Below, piece by piece: positions 10,642-27,279 of a stretch of 64,000 bases of DNA. The notes below the pieces were generated by a model, which was not told the origin of the DNA, ran no database searches, and saw only the letters and a list, made by a program, of their open reading frames with translations. Position 1 is the stretch's first letter; each line of letters starts with the position of its first letter. The DNA comes from Pseudomonadales bacterium (GTDB lineage: Bacteria > Pseudomonadota > Gammaproteobacteria > Pseudomonadales > GM7GCV1), in the NCBI GenBank assembly GCA_965221105.1, contig OZ244871.1, positions 24,252-88,251 on the forward strand. Reading direction: 5' to 3'. Made by a program: the position numbers and the translations under genes.

Positions 10642-11727
10642 TTGTATCCAGCTTCTGGCGAACCGAAAATCTGCGGTTCAGATTCCGTGAACTATACGCT
10701 TGAGTATCTGGCTGGCTATCTTCAGGCACGCCTGATACCTGCTCCAGGCCGTTCCGAGGCTGAGGTCGCGGGTATCGAAATCAGGGGAATTGGGGCCTGT
10801 GAGACAGCCAGTGCCAACCAGATTACTTTCGTAACCTCCGCAAAGTATGGATTGGCACTGGGTTCAACCAGAGCCGCCGCCGTTATTCTCAGAGAAGTTC
10901 AGGCAGGTGACTGCCAGACAAACTCGCTGGTCGTTGGTGATCCATATCTGGCATACGCCCGACTCAGTGCGCTTTTTGCCGAGCCATATCCCGCAGCCGG
11001 AATCCATTCCAGTGCGCAGGTTGACGCATCAGCAGAAATTGGGAATGAGGTGTACATCGGTCCGACAGCGGTTGTCGAGGCTGGTGCACGGCTCGCAGAT
11101 CAGGTTGTGGTTGGTGCAGGTGCCTCTATTGGAATGCGGGTCAGAGTTGGACGAAGCTCGGTTCTTCACGCCAATGTGGTGCTCTACCAGGATGTGCAGC
11201 TGGGTGCTGACTGTATTGTGCATGCCGGTGCTGTTATAGGTGCGGATGGTTTTGGTTTTGCTCCCAGGGATCAGGGGTATGAGAAAATCCACCAGCTGGG
11301 TGCCGTGGTGATCGGCAACCGGGTGGAAATCGGAGCCAACGCCTGCATTGATCGTGGCGCATTGGGTGATACCCGGATTGGTGACGGGGTGAAAATCGAT
11401 AATCTGGTGCATGTAGCGCACAACTGCACTATTGGGGCAGATACTGCCGTCGCCGCACAGGCAGGGCTGGCGGGGAGCACCGGAATCGGGGAGAATTGCA
11501 CTATCGGCGGACAGGTTGGGTTTGCCGGGCATCTGGAGTTGACAGACAACGTGCAGATTAATGGGCAGAGCAGGGTGAGCAAGAGCATCAAGCAGCCCGG
11601 GCACTACTCGTCGGGAACACCTATGATGGATGTTCAGTCCTGGCGCAGAAATGCAGTGCGGTTCAGTAAGCTCGATACCTTGTACAGGCGAGTTGATGTG
11701 CTTGAGAAGAGTCGCAAAGAAGATTAG
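10642..11727 (+). CDS. lpxD: UDP-3-O-(3-hydroxyacyl)glucosamine N-acyltransferase
   Basis: Left-handed beta-helix hexapeptide repeats and ITFVTSAKY near the N-terminus. Start uncertain: TTG 10642 or GTG 10687. Confidence 0.9.
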   Translation: MYPASGEPKICGSDSVNYTLEYLAGYLQARLIPAPGRSEAEVAGIEIRGIGACETASANQITFVTSAKYGLALGSTRAAAVILREVQAGDCQTNSLVVGDPYLAYARLSALFAEPYPAAGIHSSAQVDASAEIGNEVYIGPTAVVEAGARLADQVVVGAGASIGMRVRVGRSSVLHANVVLYQDVQLGADCIVHAGAVIGADGFGFAPRDQGYEKIHQLGAVVIGNRVEIGANACIDRGALGDTRIGDGVKIDNLVHVAHNCTIGADTAVAAQAGLAGSTGIGENCTIGGQVGFAGHLELTDNVQINGQSRVSKSIKQPGHYSSGTPMMDVQSWRRNAVRFSKLDTLYRRVDVLEKSRKED

Positions 11728-11757
11728 GCAGAAGCTATCCAGAAGCCAGATAATTTG

Positions 11758-12195
11758 ATGATGGACATTATTGAGATACAGAAATATTTGCCTCACAGAT
11801 ATCCAATGCTGATGGTCGACCGGGTTGTAGAAATAGAGTTGGGTAAGAGCATTCGAGCGTACAAAAACATTACATTTAATGAGGAACTGTTTCAGGGGCA
11901 CTTCCCCAATGCGCCAATTCTGCCCGGTGTGGTGGTCATTGAAGCTCTGGCTCAGGCGTCCGGTATCCTCGGATTCCGTACAGTGGGCCAGACACCTGAA
12001 GACGGGCTCCTCTATCTTTTTGCAGGTATTGATAATGTAAAATTTGTGCGGCGCGTAGTACCAGGTGACCGGCTGGATCTTGAATCGACAGTAGTGGCTC
12101 ACAAACGGCATATCTGGAAGTTTGATGTTAAGGCTCTGGTGAATGGCGATCTGGCACTCTCGGGACTGCTCACCTGTGCAATTGTCGAGAACTAG
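11758..12195 (+). CDS. fabZ: 3-hydroxyacyl-ACP dehydratase FabZ
   Basis: LPHRYPMLMVDRV and FQGHFPNAPILPGVVVIEALAQ motifs. Confidence 0.95.
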   Translation: MMDIIEIQKYLPHRYPMLMVDRVVEIELGKSIRAYKNITFNEELFQGHFPNAPILPGVVVIEALAQASGILGFRTVGQTPEDGLLYLFAGIDNVKFVRRVVPGDRLDLESTVVAHKRHIWKFDVKALVNGDLALSGLLTCAIVEN

Positions 12196-12978
12196 ATGAG
12201 CCATTCATTGATTCATCCACAGGCGATTATTCATCCGTCTGCCTCAATTCATGAGACTGTCTCGATTGGCCCCTTTACCGTCATCGGTTCAGAGGTATCC
12301 ATAGATGAGGGCACGTGTATAGGTGCGCACAATGTCATCAAAGGCCCTATAAGGATCGGCAGGAAAAACCAGGTCTTTCAGTTCTGCACACTCGGTGAGG
12401 ACACACCCGATCTGAAATATAAAGGTGAGCGTACCGAACTGGTGATCGGTGACGGTAACGTTTTTCGGGAATACAGCTCGGTGCACCGTGGAACGGTGCA
12501 AGGTCAGGGTGTGACCAGAATAGGCGATCACAACCTGATAATGTGTTATGGGCACGTAGGGCATGACTGCGTGCTTGGAGATCACTGCATTATTTCAAAT
12601 GCGGCCATGCTGGCAGGGCATGTGCATATTGGCGACTGGGCAATTCTCTCTGCCAATGCCGGTATCCACCAATATTGTCATATTGGCTCCCATGCGTTTA
12701 TCGGTGCCTATAGCGCTGTTTTCCAGGATGTCCCTGCCTATGTTACCGTGCAGGGATCGCCCGCGGTGCCCAGAATCGTCAACGCGGAGGGGCTGAAACG
12801 GCGAGGATTTTCAGCGGAAGACATCAAGGCAATCCAGATCGCTTTTAGAACGCTCTATAAGAAAAAGCTTAGCCTCACAGATGCATTGACGGAGATTGCG
12901 CACCAGGCAGAAGCGCATCCCGTAGTTCAGCCTCTCTATGACTCGGTGGCGAACGCCCAGCGGAACATCGTTCGCTAG
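12196..12978 (+). CDS. lpxA: acyl-ACP--UDP-N-acetylglucosamine O-acyltransferase
   Basis: IHPSASIH start and hexapeptide repeats. Directly abuts the fabZ stop. Confidence 0.95.
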   Translation: MSHSLIHPQAIIHPSASIHETVSIGPFTVIGSEVSIDEGTCIGAHNVIKGPIRIGRKNQVFQFCTLGEDTPDLKYKGERTELVIGDGNVFREYSSVHRGTVQGQGVTRIGDHNLIMCYGHVGHDCVLGDHCIISNAAMLAGHVHIGDWAILSANAGIHQYCHIGSHAFIGAYSAVFQDVPAYVTVQGSPAVPRIVNAEGLKRRGFSAEDIKAIQIAFRTLYKKKLSLTDALTEIAHQAEAHPVVQPLYDSVANAQRNIVR

Positions 12979-12996
12979 CGTCAACAGAACATTCTC

Positions 12997-14190
12997 TTGT
13001 CGCGTCGGCGAGCGCTTCCACAAGTGTCACGGATTCTGACTATTGCAATTGTTGTGGGCGAAGCCTCGGGCGATCTGCTTGGGGCTTCACTCATCAGAGC
13101 CATTCGCACAATTCATCCAGAGGTGCGATTTGAGGGCATAGGTGGTCCCCGCATGATAGAGGCCGGTTTTGAATCCATCTATCCCATGGACCGCTTGTCA
13201 GTTATGGGGTTTGTGGAACCCATGAAACGCCTGCCTGAGCTGTTTGGCATCCGCACAACACTGGTGCGGAGGTTCCTGCTCACACAGCCAGATCTTTACA
13301 TAGGTATAGACTCACCTGATTTTAATCTCCAGGTAGAAGCGCCACTCAAGCGCGCAGGCATTCCAGTCGCACACTACGTAAGCCCCTCTGTCTGGGCCTG
13401 GCGGCAGGGCAGAATTCGAACCATTCGCAGATCCGCGGATCTCATGCTGTGCCTGCTTCCGTTTGAGGTTGAATTCTATAAGAGTAACAAAATGCCCGCT
13501 GTTTTTGTCGGCCACCCAATGGCTGATGAAATTTCCCGATTTGCGCGAGATCAAATTGACCGGAGTATACTCGCAGGTTACGCGTCTTCAGGGGCGAATC
13601 TGGTGGCCCTGCTCCCCGGCAGCCGCAGGGCCGAGATCGAGGCCATGGCTCCAGTCTTTTTTACTGTTGCCCGGCGCGTTCACGAACGCTGGCCCGAGAC
13701 AGAGTTTATCGTGCCGGCAGCATCCGAAGAGGCTTTGACACGTTTGTGTGAACGAGCTTCGGAGTTCCCTTTTATAAGGGTCGTAGAGGGACAGGCACGT
13801 GCAGTTTTGGGGATTTCGGAAGCAGCGCTCGTTGCTTCCGGGACAGCTACTCTTGAAGCCATGCTTATGAAGTGTCCTATGGTTGTGGCCTACCGAACCG
13901 ACCCGGTCTCCTATTTTGTGGCGAATCGCATGGTGAAGACTCGGTTTTTCTCACTGGTGAATTTGGTTGCAGGAGAGGCGCTCGTGCAGGAGCGCCTGCA
14001 GAAAGATGCCAGTGTTGATACACTCCACAGTGATCTCGTTGATCTGCTCAACTCCAAATCCGCACGCATTGCCATGGTGAAACGTTTTGACGAGATCCAT
14101 GCCAAGCTCCAACGGGACGCGAGCAATCAGGCTGCACGGGCTGTTGTGAACCTGATGGAAAATTCTGGTGCCGATCGCGGGGACCGATGA
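12997..14190 (+). CDS. lpxB: lipid-A-disaccharide synthase
   Basis: [16 protein letters not shown]-terminal motif, 397 aa. Start is TTG 12997 or GTG 13024. Confidence 0.9.
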   Translation: MSRRRALPQVSRILTIAIVVGEASGDLLGASLIRAIRTIHPEVRFEGIGGPRMIEAGFESIYPMDRLSVMGFVEPMKRLPELFGIRTTLVRRFLLTQPDLYIGIDSPDFNLQVEAPLKRAGIPVAHYVSPSVWAWRQGRIRTIRRSADLMLCLLPFEVEFYKSNKMPAVFVGHPMADEISRFARDQIDRSILAGYASSGANLVALLPGSRRAEIEAMAPVFFTVARRVHERWPETEFIVPAASEEALTRLCERASEFPFIRVVEGQARAVLGISEAALVASGTATLEAMLMKCPMVVAYRTDPVSYFVANRMVKTRFFSLVNLVAGEALVQERLQKDASVDTLHSDLVDLLNSKSARIAMVKRFDEIHAKLQRDASNQAARAVVNLMENSGADRGDR

Positions 14191-14734
14191 AGCAGGTCGT
14201 GGGCCACTTGCTGGCCCGGTCGTGGCGGCGGCTGTGATTCTCGACCCGGAGAACTCCATAGAGGGTCTGACAGACTCCAAAAAATTGAACGAGCGACGCC
14301 GCAGCCAGCTATACGATGTGATTTGCAAGAGTGCTCTTTGCTATGCAATCGCTGAGGCCAGTGTGGCTGAGATTGACCACCTCAATATACTGCAGGCTTC
14401 CATGCTCGCCATGCGCCGGGCGGTCGAATCCCTTGATATTGAACCGGAACTGGTACTGGTTGACGGCAACCGATGCCCAAACCTTGATGTTCCAGCCCAG
14501 TCAATCGTTGGTGGTGACCATCTGGAAGCCTGCATTTCTGCGGCGTCCATTTTGTCGAAGGTTCATCGTGACTGGTATATGCTGCACATGCACGATGTCT
14601 ATCCGAACTACGGGTTTGACCGGCACAAGGGTTATCCAACCAGGCTACACCTCGAGCGTCTGCACCTTCACGGTCCCTGTGAAATTCATAGACAGAGTTT
14701 CAAGCCTGTTCAGCAGGCTGATCTTTTTGGATAA
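14168..14734 (+). CDS. rnhB: ribonuclease HII
   Basis: [17 protein letters not shown] catalytic motif. GTG start overlapping the lpxB end. Confidence 0.92.
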   Translation: MPIAGTDEAGRGPLAGPVVAAAVILDPENSIEGLTDSKKLNERRRSQLYDVICKSALCYAIAEASVAEIDHLNILQASMLAMRRAVESLDIEPELVLVDGNRCPNLDVPAQSIVGGDHLEACISAASILSKVHRDWYMLHMHDVYPNYGFDRHKGYPTRLHLERLHLHGPCEIHRQSFKPVQQADLFG

Positions 14735-14767
14735 TCCCTGTCTGCCAATGATATGGACGGCGCTCAA

Positions 14768-17700
14768 ATGTCGGAACCCAAGAATTTTATTCACCTCCAT
14801 CTGAGATCTGAGTTTTCCCTGGTTGATAGTATCGTGCGCATTAACCCGCTTCTGGATCGGTGTCGGGAGTTGCAGATGCCAGCGGTGGCACTCACCGACT
14901 ACAATAACCTCTTTGCGGCCGTCAAATTTTACCGCGCAGCCCGCAATCGTGGCATCAAGCCAATTCTGGGTGCTGACTTTCTGCTCAGGGAAGGCGATGA
15001 TGCAGGTAGTTCCTCATTGCTGACTTTGTTGGCGATGGATGAGCGGGGCTACAAAAACATTATTGAACTTATTTCGCTGGCGTACACCCGTGGCCAGGGG
15101 CAGGGCCTAGCCGGTATCGAAAAGGATTGGCTGGAGGAGTACTCAGATTCGGTGATCTGCCTGTCAGGCAGCGTTTGTGGCAATCTGGGTCAATGTCTGA
15201 TCAAGGACCGTGGCGACGAGTCCCGTCAGCTCCTTGAGTACTGGATGGATCTGTTTCCGGGACGCTTTTACGTAGAGTTGCAGCGCACCGGCAAACAGGA
15301 CGACGATCATTATGTGCTGGCTGCGGTTGAGTTGGCTGGGGAGTGCGGTTGCCCGGTGGTGGCAACTAATGACGTGCGCTTTATTCGGGCTGAAGAATGT
15401 GAGGCTCACGAAGCACGGGTATGTATTCAAGATGGTAATACCTTGGGTGACGCAAACCGGGTGCGACGCTATTCGGAACAGCAGTACCTGCGCAGCTCCG
15501 AGGAGATGCTGGCGCTGTTTGCCGATATCCCTGAAGCTCTCGAGAATACCCTGCAGATCGCGCAACGCTGTAATCTTGAACTGCAGCTGGGTGAATATCA
15601 CCTGCCAGCCTATCCAATTCCCGAAGAGCTCACAGAGACCCAATACTTCAGAAAGTCGTCGCACGAAGGATTGGAAAAACGTATGTCACTGATTCTGGAG
15701 AAGTCTGGCGTTGAGGATCAGCAGAAGAGAGAGGCACTGCTCCAGACGTACCGAGACAGGCTGAATTTCGAACTCAATATTATCGAGCAAATGGGATATC
15801 CTGGCTATTTCCTGATTGTCATGGACATTGTTCGATGGGCAAAAGAACAGAATATCCCAGTCGGTCCTGGACGGGGATCAGGTGCTGGCTCTCTGGTGGC
15901 CTACGCGCTGCGTATCACTGAACTCGACCCTCTTGAATATGACCTGCTTTTTGAACGCTTCCTCAATCCAGAGCGGGTATCATTGCCGGACTTTGATACC
16001 GATTTCTGCATGGATAATCGTGATCAGGTGATCAATTACATCGTGGAGCGCTATGGGCGCGACGCTGTATCACAAATCGTAACTTTTGGAACCATGGCCG
16101 CTAAGGCAGTGGTCCGCGATGTTGCCCGGGTTCAGGGGAAATCCTATGGACTCGCTGATCGTCTTTCAAAAATGATCCCGTTTGAAGTCGGCATGACTCT
16201 GCAAAAAGCACTCAATCAGGAGGAGCCATTACGCGATTTTCTTGCTGAGGATTCAGATGCCCAGGAAATCTGGGATATGGCCGTCCAGCTTGAGGGCCTA
16301 ACCCGCAACTGCGGCAAACATGCTGGTGGCGTAGTCATCGCGCCCACCAAACTGACTGATTTTTCACCACTTTACTGCGACGATAGGGGTAGTGGGCTGG
16401 TGACCCAGTACGACAAGGACGATGTCGAATCAGTCGGACTGGTCAAGTTCGATTTTCTGGGGTTGCGGACCCTGACCATCATTGATTGGGCCCTGCGTAT
16501 GGTGAATCGGAAACGTGTAAAAAAGGGGATGGGGCCTCTGGATATTGAGCGTATCGACCTTGAAGACCCGGTCACATTCGATATGTTACAAAGGGCAGAG
16601 ACAACAGCAGTATTCCAGCTCGAATCGCGAGGCATGAAAGATCTGATCGTGCGCCTCTTGCCGAGCCGATTCGAGGATATAGTGGCCCTTGTTGCGCTCT
16701 TCCGACCGGGCCCGCTGCAATCGGGCATGGTCGATGATTTTATCAGCCGCAAACACGGGCGTGAACAGGTTGCCTACCCGCATCCAAAATATCAGCATGA
16801 AGAGCTAAAGCCGATTCTCGAGTCCACCTACGGTATTATCCTCTACCAGGAACAGGTCATGCAGATTGCCCGAGTGATTGGTGGTTACACTCTGGGAGAG
16901 GCTGACCTGTTGAGGCGCGCCATGGGGAAGAAAAAGGCCGAGGAAATGGCTGAGCAGCGCGAGAATTTTATGCAGGGCGCCGCTGGTAGGGATATTGATG
17001 AAGATCTTGCCAGCAATCTTTTCGACCTGATGGAGAAGTTTGCCGGGTACGGGTTTAACAAATCCCACTCGGTAGCCTACGCGCTGGTGGCCTATCAGAC
17101 CGCCTGGCTGAAGGCGCACTACCCCGCTGAGTTCATGGCGGCGGTCATGTCGGCTGACCTGCAGAATACTGACAAGATTCTGACCTTTGTCGATGAGTGC
17201 ACGGCCATGGGACTTACCTTGAATCCACCGGATGTGAATGCAGGGGAATTGGGTTTCACCGTAAATACTGCGGGTGAACTCGTCTATGGGCTAGGTGCCA
17301 TCAAGGGGCTAGGCGAGGGTGCGATCGAATCAATCGTAGACAATCGCAACAACGCTGGACCCTATGGTGATCTGTTTGATTTTTGTGCCCGGGTCGATAT
17401 GCGTCAGGTGAACAAACGCTCGTTGGAAGCTCTGGTTCTTGCAGGTGCTTTCGATGCCATAGGTCCGGATGCAAACTCAACCGGCGAGTTGCGCGCTCAT
17501 GTGGTTGCGCTTCTCCCACAGGCGATCAAAACCGCTGAACAGCACCATCAGAACAGCAGATCTGGAATGACAGACCTGTTTGGAACATTGGTTCCCGGAG
17601 ATGAGTCTGCTGATTTGCAGACCGCAGCATCACCTGATTTCTTACCTTGGAGTAACCGCGATGTCCTTCAGAAGGAAAAGAACGCATTGGGCCTCTATAT

Positions 17701-18288
17701 GACGGGACACCCGCTGGATGACTACATCGACGAGATTCATCAGTTGACTGGAAACAGGCTTGGCACCCTGGAAGCTGGCCGGAGTGCCCAATGGATTGGA
17801 GGCCTTGTTATCGATCTGAGAGTAATGAAGACCAAGCGGGGAGACCCCATGGCAATTCTTACCTTGGATGATCGCAGCGGGCGTACTGACGTCGCCCTGT
17901 TTGCCGATCTGTTTGCTGAGGCACGCTCTTTCATAGACAGAGATGCTGTGGTACTGGTTGAAGGTACTGTTGAACACGACGACTATAACGGAATGCTCCG
18001 GATGCGCGGTGAGCGTGTGTTGCCCTTGCACCAGATGCGCGCTCAGCGAGCACGGGGATTGCTGCTCGCTCTTAAAGAAACGGCACTTGCTCCCGAAACC
18101 ATTGAACAGATTCGTCTGACAGTGATGCCCTATTTGGGCGGCAGTTGTCCCATGGAAGTTCAATACAGCCTCAATGGTTACGGAGCTGAGCTGCGATTCA
18201 GCGAGGATTGGAAGGTGGATCCGAGTGATGAACTCATTCATCGCCTGAGACAGTTGCTGGGCAAGGATTCGGTTACCCTGCGATTTTG

Positions 18289-18289
<1 letters not shown>
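14768..18289 (+). CDS. dnaE: DNA polymerase III alpha subunit
   Basis: PHP domain start FIHLHLRSEFSLVDS, then GSGAGSLVAYALRITELDP and FDFLGLRTLT. About 1170 aa. ATG 14768 preferred over 14753. Confidence 0.95.
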
Positions 18290-23556
<5,267 letters not shown>

Positions 23557-23570
23557 TATCGGCTCGGGCG

Positions 23571-24500
23571 TTGAATTCAGGTTTGCAGTTGAGCTGTGTC
23601 TTGCGAAAGCCCATCTGTACACTCCCGGCCCGATACCTGTTTTTCGCCTGTTTTCTGATTCTGCCGGGTGGCTGCATACTTCCAGAACAAATTCGCGCCC
23701 ACAGGGAATTTGTTGAGTGCGAGGTGCTGAACAACCCCGAGATCGAGGAACACCATGTCGAACAATCTGGATTCAGGCTTCACTATCGAAGCCGGGGTTC
23801 AGCTCAGAAAGCTGTGGCAGTCTGGATTCACGGTACGCCTGGACGCTGGTCAGATATTGGGAGTCTCTTCGTCGATGAACACTTCCTGAAAGATGTCAAG
23901 CTGGTCAGCATCGACCGGCCTGGCTGGGGCGAGTCCCAGTTCACCGGACAACATCAGGTTTTGCCGTCTTTCGGTCAACAGGCAGCGTACCTCAGTCCAC
24001 TGTTGGTCCAGCTCCACAGGCAGTATCCAGAAGTTCCCCTGATACTGGTGGGACATTCCTGGGGTGGTTCCCTGGTGCCGTACCTGGCTTCAGAGAACCA
24101 GGGAATAGTCAGCGCCGCTCTGGTGCTTGCGGGTGGATTGGATCCGCAGTTGAGCCGTCCACGCTGGTATAACCGCCTGGCGGCTGCTTGGCCAATCCGC
24201 ACGCTGATTGGCAAAACGATGACCGCTGCGAATCAGGAGGTGCACGCACTGCCTGAGAATCTCTCGGATATGCGTGAACGCCTGACCAGACTCGCTATAC
24301 CAGTGATCGTTATCCAAGGCGATGAAGATGATCTCGTAGCTCTGGAAAATGCTGATTTTGCGGAGGAGTGGCTCCCACCTGGTGATTCACGTGTCATTCG
24401 GCTGAAAGGTCAGGGACACCTCCTTCAGCTTGAACAAATACCCATGATAGCGAGTTGTATCCTGGCATTGACTGAAAAACAGTTGGATCAGTGTGGCTGA
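23571..24500 (+). CDS. alpha/beta-fold hydrolase, probable lipoprotein
   Basis: Lipobox-like LPGGC near the N-terminus, nucleophile elbow GHSWGG, and a late GQGH motif. Non-ATG start, exact start uncertain. Confidence 0.6.
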   Translation: MNSGLQLSCVLRKPICTLPARYLFFACFLILPGGCILPEQIRAHREFVECEVLNNPEIEEHHVEQSGFRLHYRSRGSAQKAVAVWIHGTPGRWSDIGSLFVDEHFLKDVKLVSIDRPGWGESQFTGQHQVLPSFGQQAAYLSPLLVQLHRQYPEVPLILVGHSWGGSLVPYLASENQGIVSAALVLAGGLDPQLSRPRWYNRLAAAWPIRTLIGKTMTAANQEVHALPENLSDMRERLTRLAIPVIVIQGDEDDLVALENADFAEEWLPPGDSRVIRLKGQGHLLQLEQIPMIASCILALTEKQLDQCG

Positions 24501-24566
24501 TAGGAGTGGTGCACCATCCTCAAAGATCGGTCTGGAGCGCGATACCCTTGCCCATACGCTCCGGCA

Positions 24567-25853
24567 TTAGCGTTGGTCGACAGGCTTGAATTCCCGTTTT
24601 TCGTAGCCAGTGTACAGCTGGCGAGGCCGGCCAATGCGGCTGTTGTCCTCGACCATTTCATTCCAGTGAGCCAGCCAGCCGGCGGTGCGACCCAAAGCGA
24701 AGATGACAGTAAACATGTTCAGCGGAATACCTATGGCGCGGAGGATAATGCCCGAATAGAAATCCACGTTTGGGTAGAGTTTTTTCTCAATAAAGTAGTC
24801 GTCTTCGAGTGCAATTTCTTCCAGACGTTTGGCAATTTCGAGCAAAGGGTCGGTCACACTCAGTGCCGTAAGCACCTCGTCGCATGTCTGTTTCATAACC
24901 TTGGCACGTGGATCAAAATTCTTGTACACACGGTGACCGAAACCCATAAGACGGAAGGAATCACTGCTGTCCTTGGCTCTTTTGACTGCAGTATCGACAT
25001 TGGAAATGTCGCCGATTTCTTCGAGCATGTTGATTACAGCTTCATTTGCGCCTCCATGCAAAGGTCCCCAGAGTGCCGCTACACCTGCAGCAATACATGC
25101 GAAGGGGTTGGCACCGGTTGATCCTGCCAGCCTCACGGTCGAGGTTGAAGCATTCTGTTCATGATCGGCATGCAAAACGAAAATGCGGTCCATTGCACGG
25201 GCAATGACCGGGTGCACTGCATAGTCTTCACAGGGAGTTCCATACATCATATAGAGAAAATTGGCAGCGTAATCCAGATCGTTACATGGGTACATTGATG
25301 GCTGGCCTATGCTGTGTTTGTAGGCCATTGCCGCCAAGGTAGGCATCTTGGAGATCAATCTCAGCGTGGTAATCCAGCGATGCTCTGGGTTGTTAATATC
25401 CAGCGAGTCGTGGTAGAAGGACGAGAGTGCGCCCACAACTCCACAGAGCATGGCCATGGGATGGGCGTCGTATCGAAAGCCCTTGTAAAAGTCTCGAATC
25501 CATTCGTTGACCATCGTATGCCGATTAATTGTTTCTAGGAATGCCTGTTTTTGCTCGGCATTTGGTAACTCACCATTCAGCAGAAGATAGGAAACTTCCA
25601 GGTAATCGGACTGCTGCGATAATTGCTCGATTGGGTATCCCCGATGCAGCAGGATGCCTTGGTCACCGTCAATATAGGTTATCTTGGATTCGCAGGATGA
25701 TGTGGATGTAAAGCCTGGGTCGAGCGTGAAATAGCCCTTGGAGGCGAGGGATGTGACATCGATTACGTCTGGTCCGATCGTACCGGAGCGGACGCCCAGC
25801 TCAATGGTATCATCAGAACCGTCGATGGTTAGCCGTGCCTTGCGGTCGGTCAT
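24567..25853 (-). CDS. gltA: citrate synthase (type II)
   Basis: 428 aa. LTIDGSD...[15 protein letters not shown] and [14 protein letters not shown] signature. Confidence 0.95.
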   Translation of the reverse strand: MTDRKARLTIDGSDDTIELGVRSGTIGPDVIDVTSLASKGYFTLDPGFTSTSSCESKITYIDGDQGILLHRGYPIEQLSQQSDYLEVSYLLLNGELPNAEQKQAFLETINRHTMVNEWIRDFYKGFRYDAHPMAMLCGVVGALSSFYHDSLDINNPEHRWITTLRLISKMPTLAAMAYKHSIGQPSMYPCNDLDYAANFLYMMYGTPCEDYAVHPVIARAMDRIFVLHADHEQNASTSTVRLAGSTGANPFACIAAGVAALWGPLHGGANEAVINMLEEIGDISNVDTAVKRAKDSSDSFRLMGFGHRVYKNFDPRAKVMKQTCDEVLTALSVTDPLLEIAKRLEEIALEDDYFIEKKLYPNVDFYSGIILRAIGIPLNMFTVIFALGRTAGWLAHWNEMVEDNSRIGRPRQLYTGYEKREFKPVDQR

Positions 25854-26389
25854 ACAGTTTCTCCAAAATCAGAATGCACTATCTATTACGGATGTTGTGC
25901 AGCATCGGGTGGAACTCCATACAGGGACATCTTGTCCTATCTTGCCGGGGAGCGTGGTCGGTGGCCGATCAAAATGCAAGTATAGCTCAGAGTGCGCTCC
26001 CCAATTATACGCTGAATCAGTTCACGCGGAAATTCTTAGCCTTCGGCTGGTTGCATACCTGGTGCGAGGCTTCGATCTTCTGTTTGGGCTCAAGGCTCAA
26101 GGCTGGTTGAAAGATCAACCATGCCAGCCCGGAAAGCCTTGTGCGTAGACCGATTGAGTTGAGTTTGGCTGTCTGGATATGTAAACTATCGGCCCGGTTT
26201 TGCGATGGACAATTTCCTTAGAAATCCGTCCTTCAATTGTATTGTCCCGTTTGATCATTGGCTCTTGTTCGGGTGTTTACCGGATTGATCGCCGACTGAA
26301 TTTGGCTGGCGAAGAATGTGCATCGCGTTGAGAAACCATCGGGATGGTAAAGAGTCTGAACTCGGGCGCAGGCTAATCTGGAGTATCTG

Positions 26390-27274
26390 GTGCGACGAGA
26401 GAGCGCACTCAGCCTTTAAATTCAATACCTTAGGTAAGGATTTAAAGGCACTCAGAAGGGTTGTCAACAGGTCTTCCGGGATCTCTCCCCCAGCCGTCAG
26501 GGGTACAACGGCGCCCTGTAGGGGGGTCAGTCTCAACTGAACATCCGAAAGGATCGAAGGAGCCTACAGTAGTAAAACCTGACACGATAGACCTCAGAAG
26601 CCCACCTGAGCCATCACATGACATCGTAGGTCATGTCACTGAAACAAACAGGGAGCCCTGTGCTGCTCATACGAGTAGCTGCCCCAGGATTAAGGGCTAT
26701 ATAAACCGTTCCGTCGGCCCGACGTGAAAAGGCCATTCGGGCTGCTCAGTGAGAAGGGTAGAGGATGATGGATGAATCGAATGACAGAGTGTACTGATGT
26801 GACTACCGGGATGAGCCAGGCTTGGCAGCGAACGCTGTGCCCACGTCCATCGGGTCTTTCATCGCACGATGACAGGTGCACCCTCAATAGAAAACCCGCA
26901 CGGGGTCTCCTCCTCAGGGGGTGTCGCTATCCTGATAAGGAGGCGGAATGGTGTACCGCCGTCTCCCCAGGCAAGCTCTGGTCTCCCTCTGTCTCGTATG
27001 GAGAGAAGGGAATAGCATGAAAAAGCAGACTGTGTGTGCGGTGAGAGGCACCACCTATGCCCGCGGTCTCAGAACCACCAGCGGACTGACACCAGATCGA
27101 TCAGGGCCATGTTCACAGAATGGTTTGAGGGGTGCTTGTGCGGAGTGCGAAGGCTGCATGGAGTGCACAACCGGATCTTTCGGGGGCTGTGTAAGGCTTG
27201 AGCCGTATGCGGGGAAACTCGCACGTACGGTTCTGAGGGGACGGGAGCACAGTAATGTGCTCCTGCTATCCGAC
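26390..27274 (+). mobile_element. ORF-less (IEP-deleted) group II intron
   Basis: 5' GTGCG at 26390. Canonical 34-nt domain V at 27200-27233. Domain VI hairpin GGAGCACA-GTAA-TGTGCTCC has a bulged A at 27268, 6 nt before a ...GAC 3' end at 27274. Total length fits an intron without a reverse-transcriptase ORF. The 5' boundary is less certain than the 3' end. Confidence 0.8.
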
Positions 27275-27277
27275 TAG
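27017..27277 (+). pseudogene. residual domain-IV ORF (remnant of the intron-encoded protein start, 86 codons, no RT motifs)
   Basis: GGAGAGAAGGG SD-like tract plus ATG 27017. The reading frame runs through domains V and VI to TAG 27275-27277. No reverse transcriptase, maturase or HNH motifs are recognisable. Confidence 0.4.
27200..27233 (+). ncRNA. group II intron domain V (catalytic hairpin)
   Basis: GAGCCGTATGCGGGGAAACTCGCACGTACGGTTC contains the AGC triad, a 9-bp lower stem, a 2-nt AC bulge, a 5-bp upper stem and a GAAA tetraloop. Confidence 0.9.
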
Positions 27278-27279
27278 GT

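Noticed and set aside
11029-12204. A 391-aa minus-strand ORF spanning lpxD-fabZ. Similar long antisense ORFs occur at 8342..9040, 17642..18304, 18371..19021, 20421..21116, 31424..32098 and 43388..43966.
   Set aside because: All lie antisense to strongly supported conserved genes, have no recognisable motifs, and have low-complexity or odd composition. They are shadow ORFs.
26141-26145. An alternative intron 5' end: a second GTGCG lies 249 nt upstream of the one at 26390.
   Set aside because: The 26141-26389 stretch has host-like, AT-richer composition and no obvious structured elements. Starting at 26390 gives a length (about 885 nt) typical of an ORF-less group II intron. It is kept as a possibility only until a covariance-model alignment is done.
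25854-26389. Possible remnants of sdhC/sdhD between gltA and the intron.
   Set aside because: Translation of all frames gives no hydrophobic helix-rich segments and no similarity to SdhC/SdhD sequences as recalled. ORFs 25738..26148 and 25835..26110 are not membrane-like.
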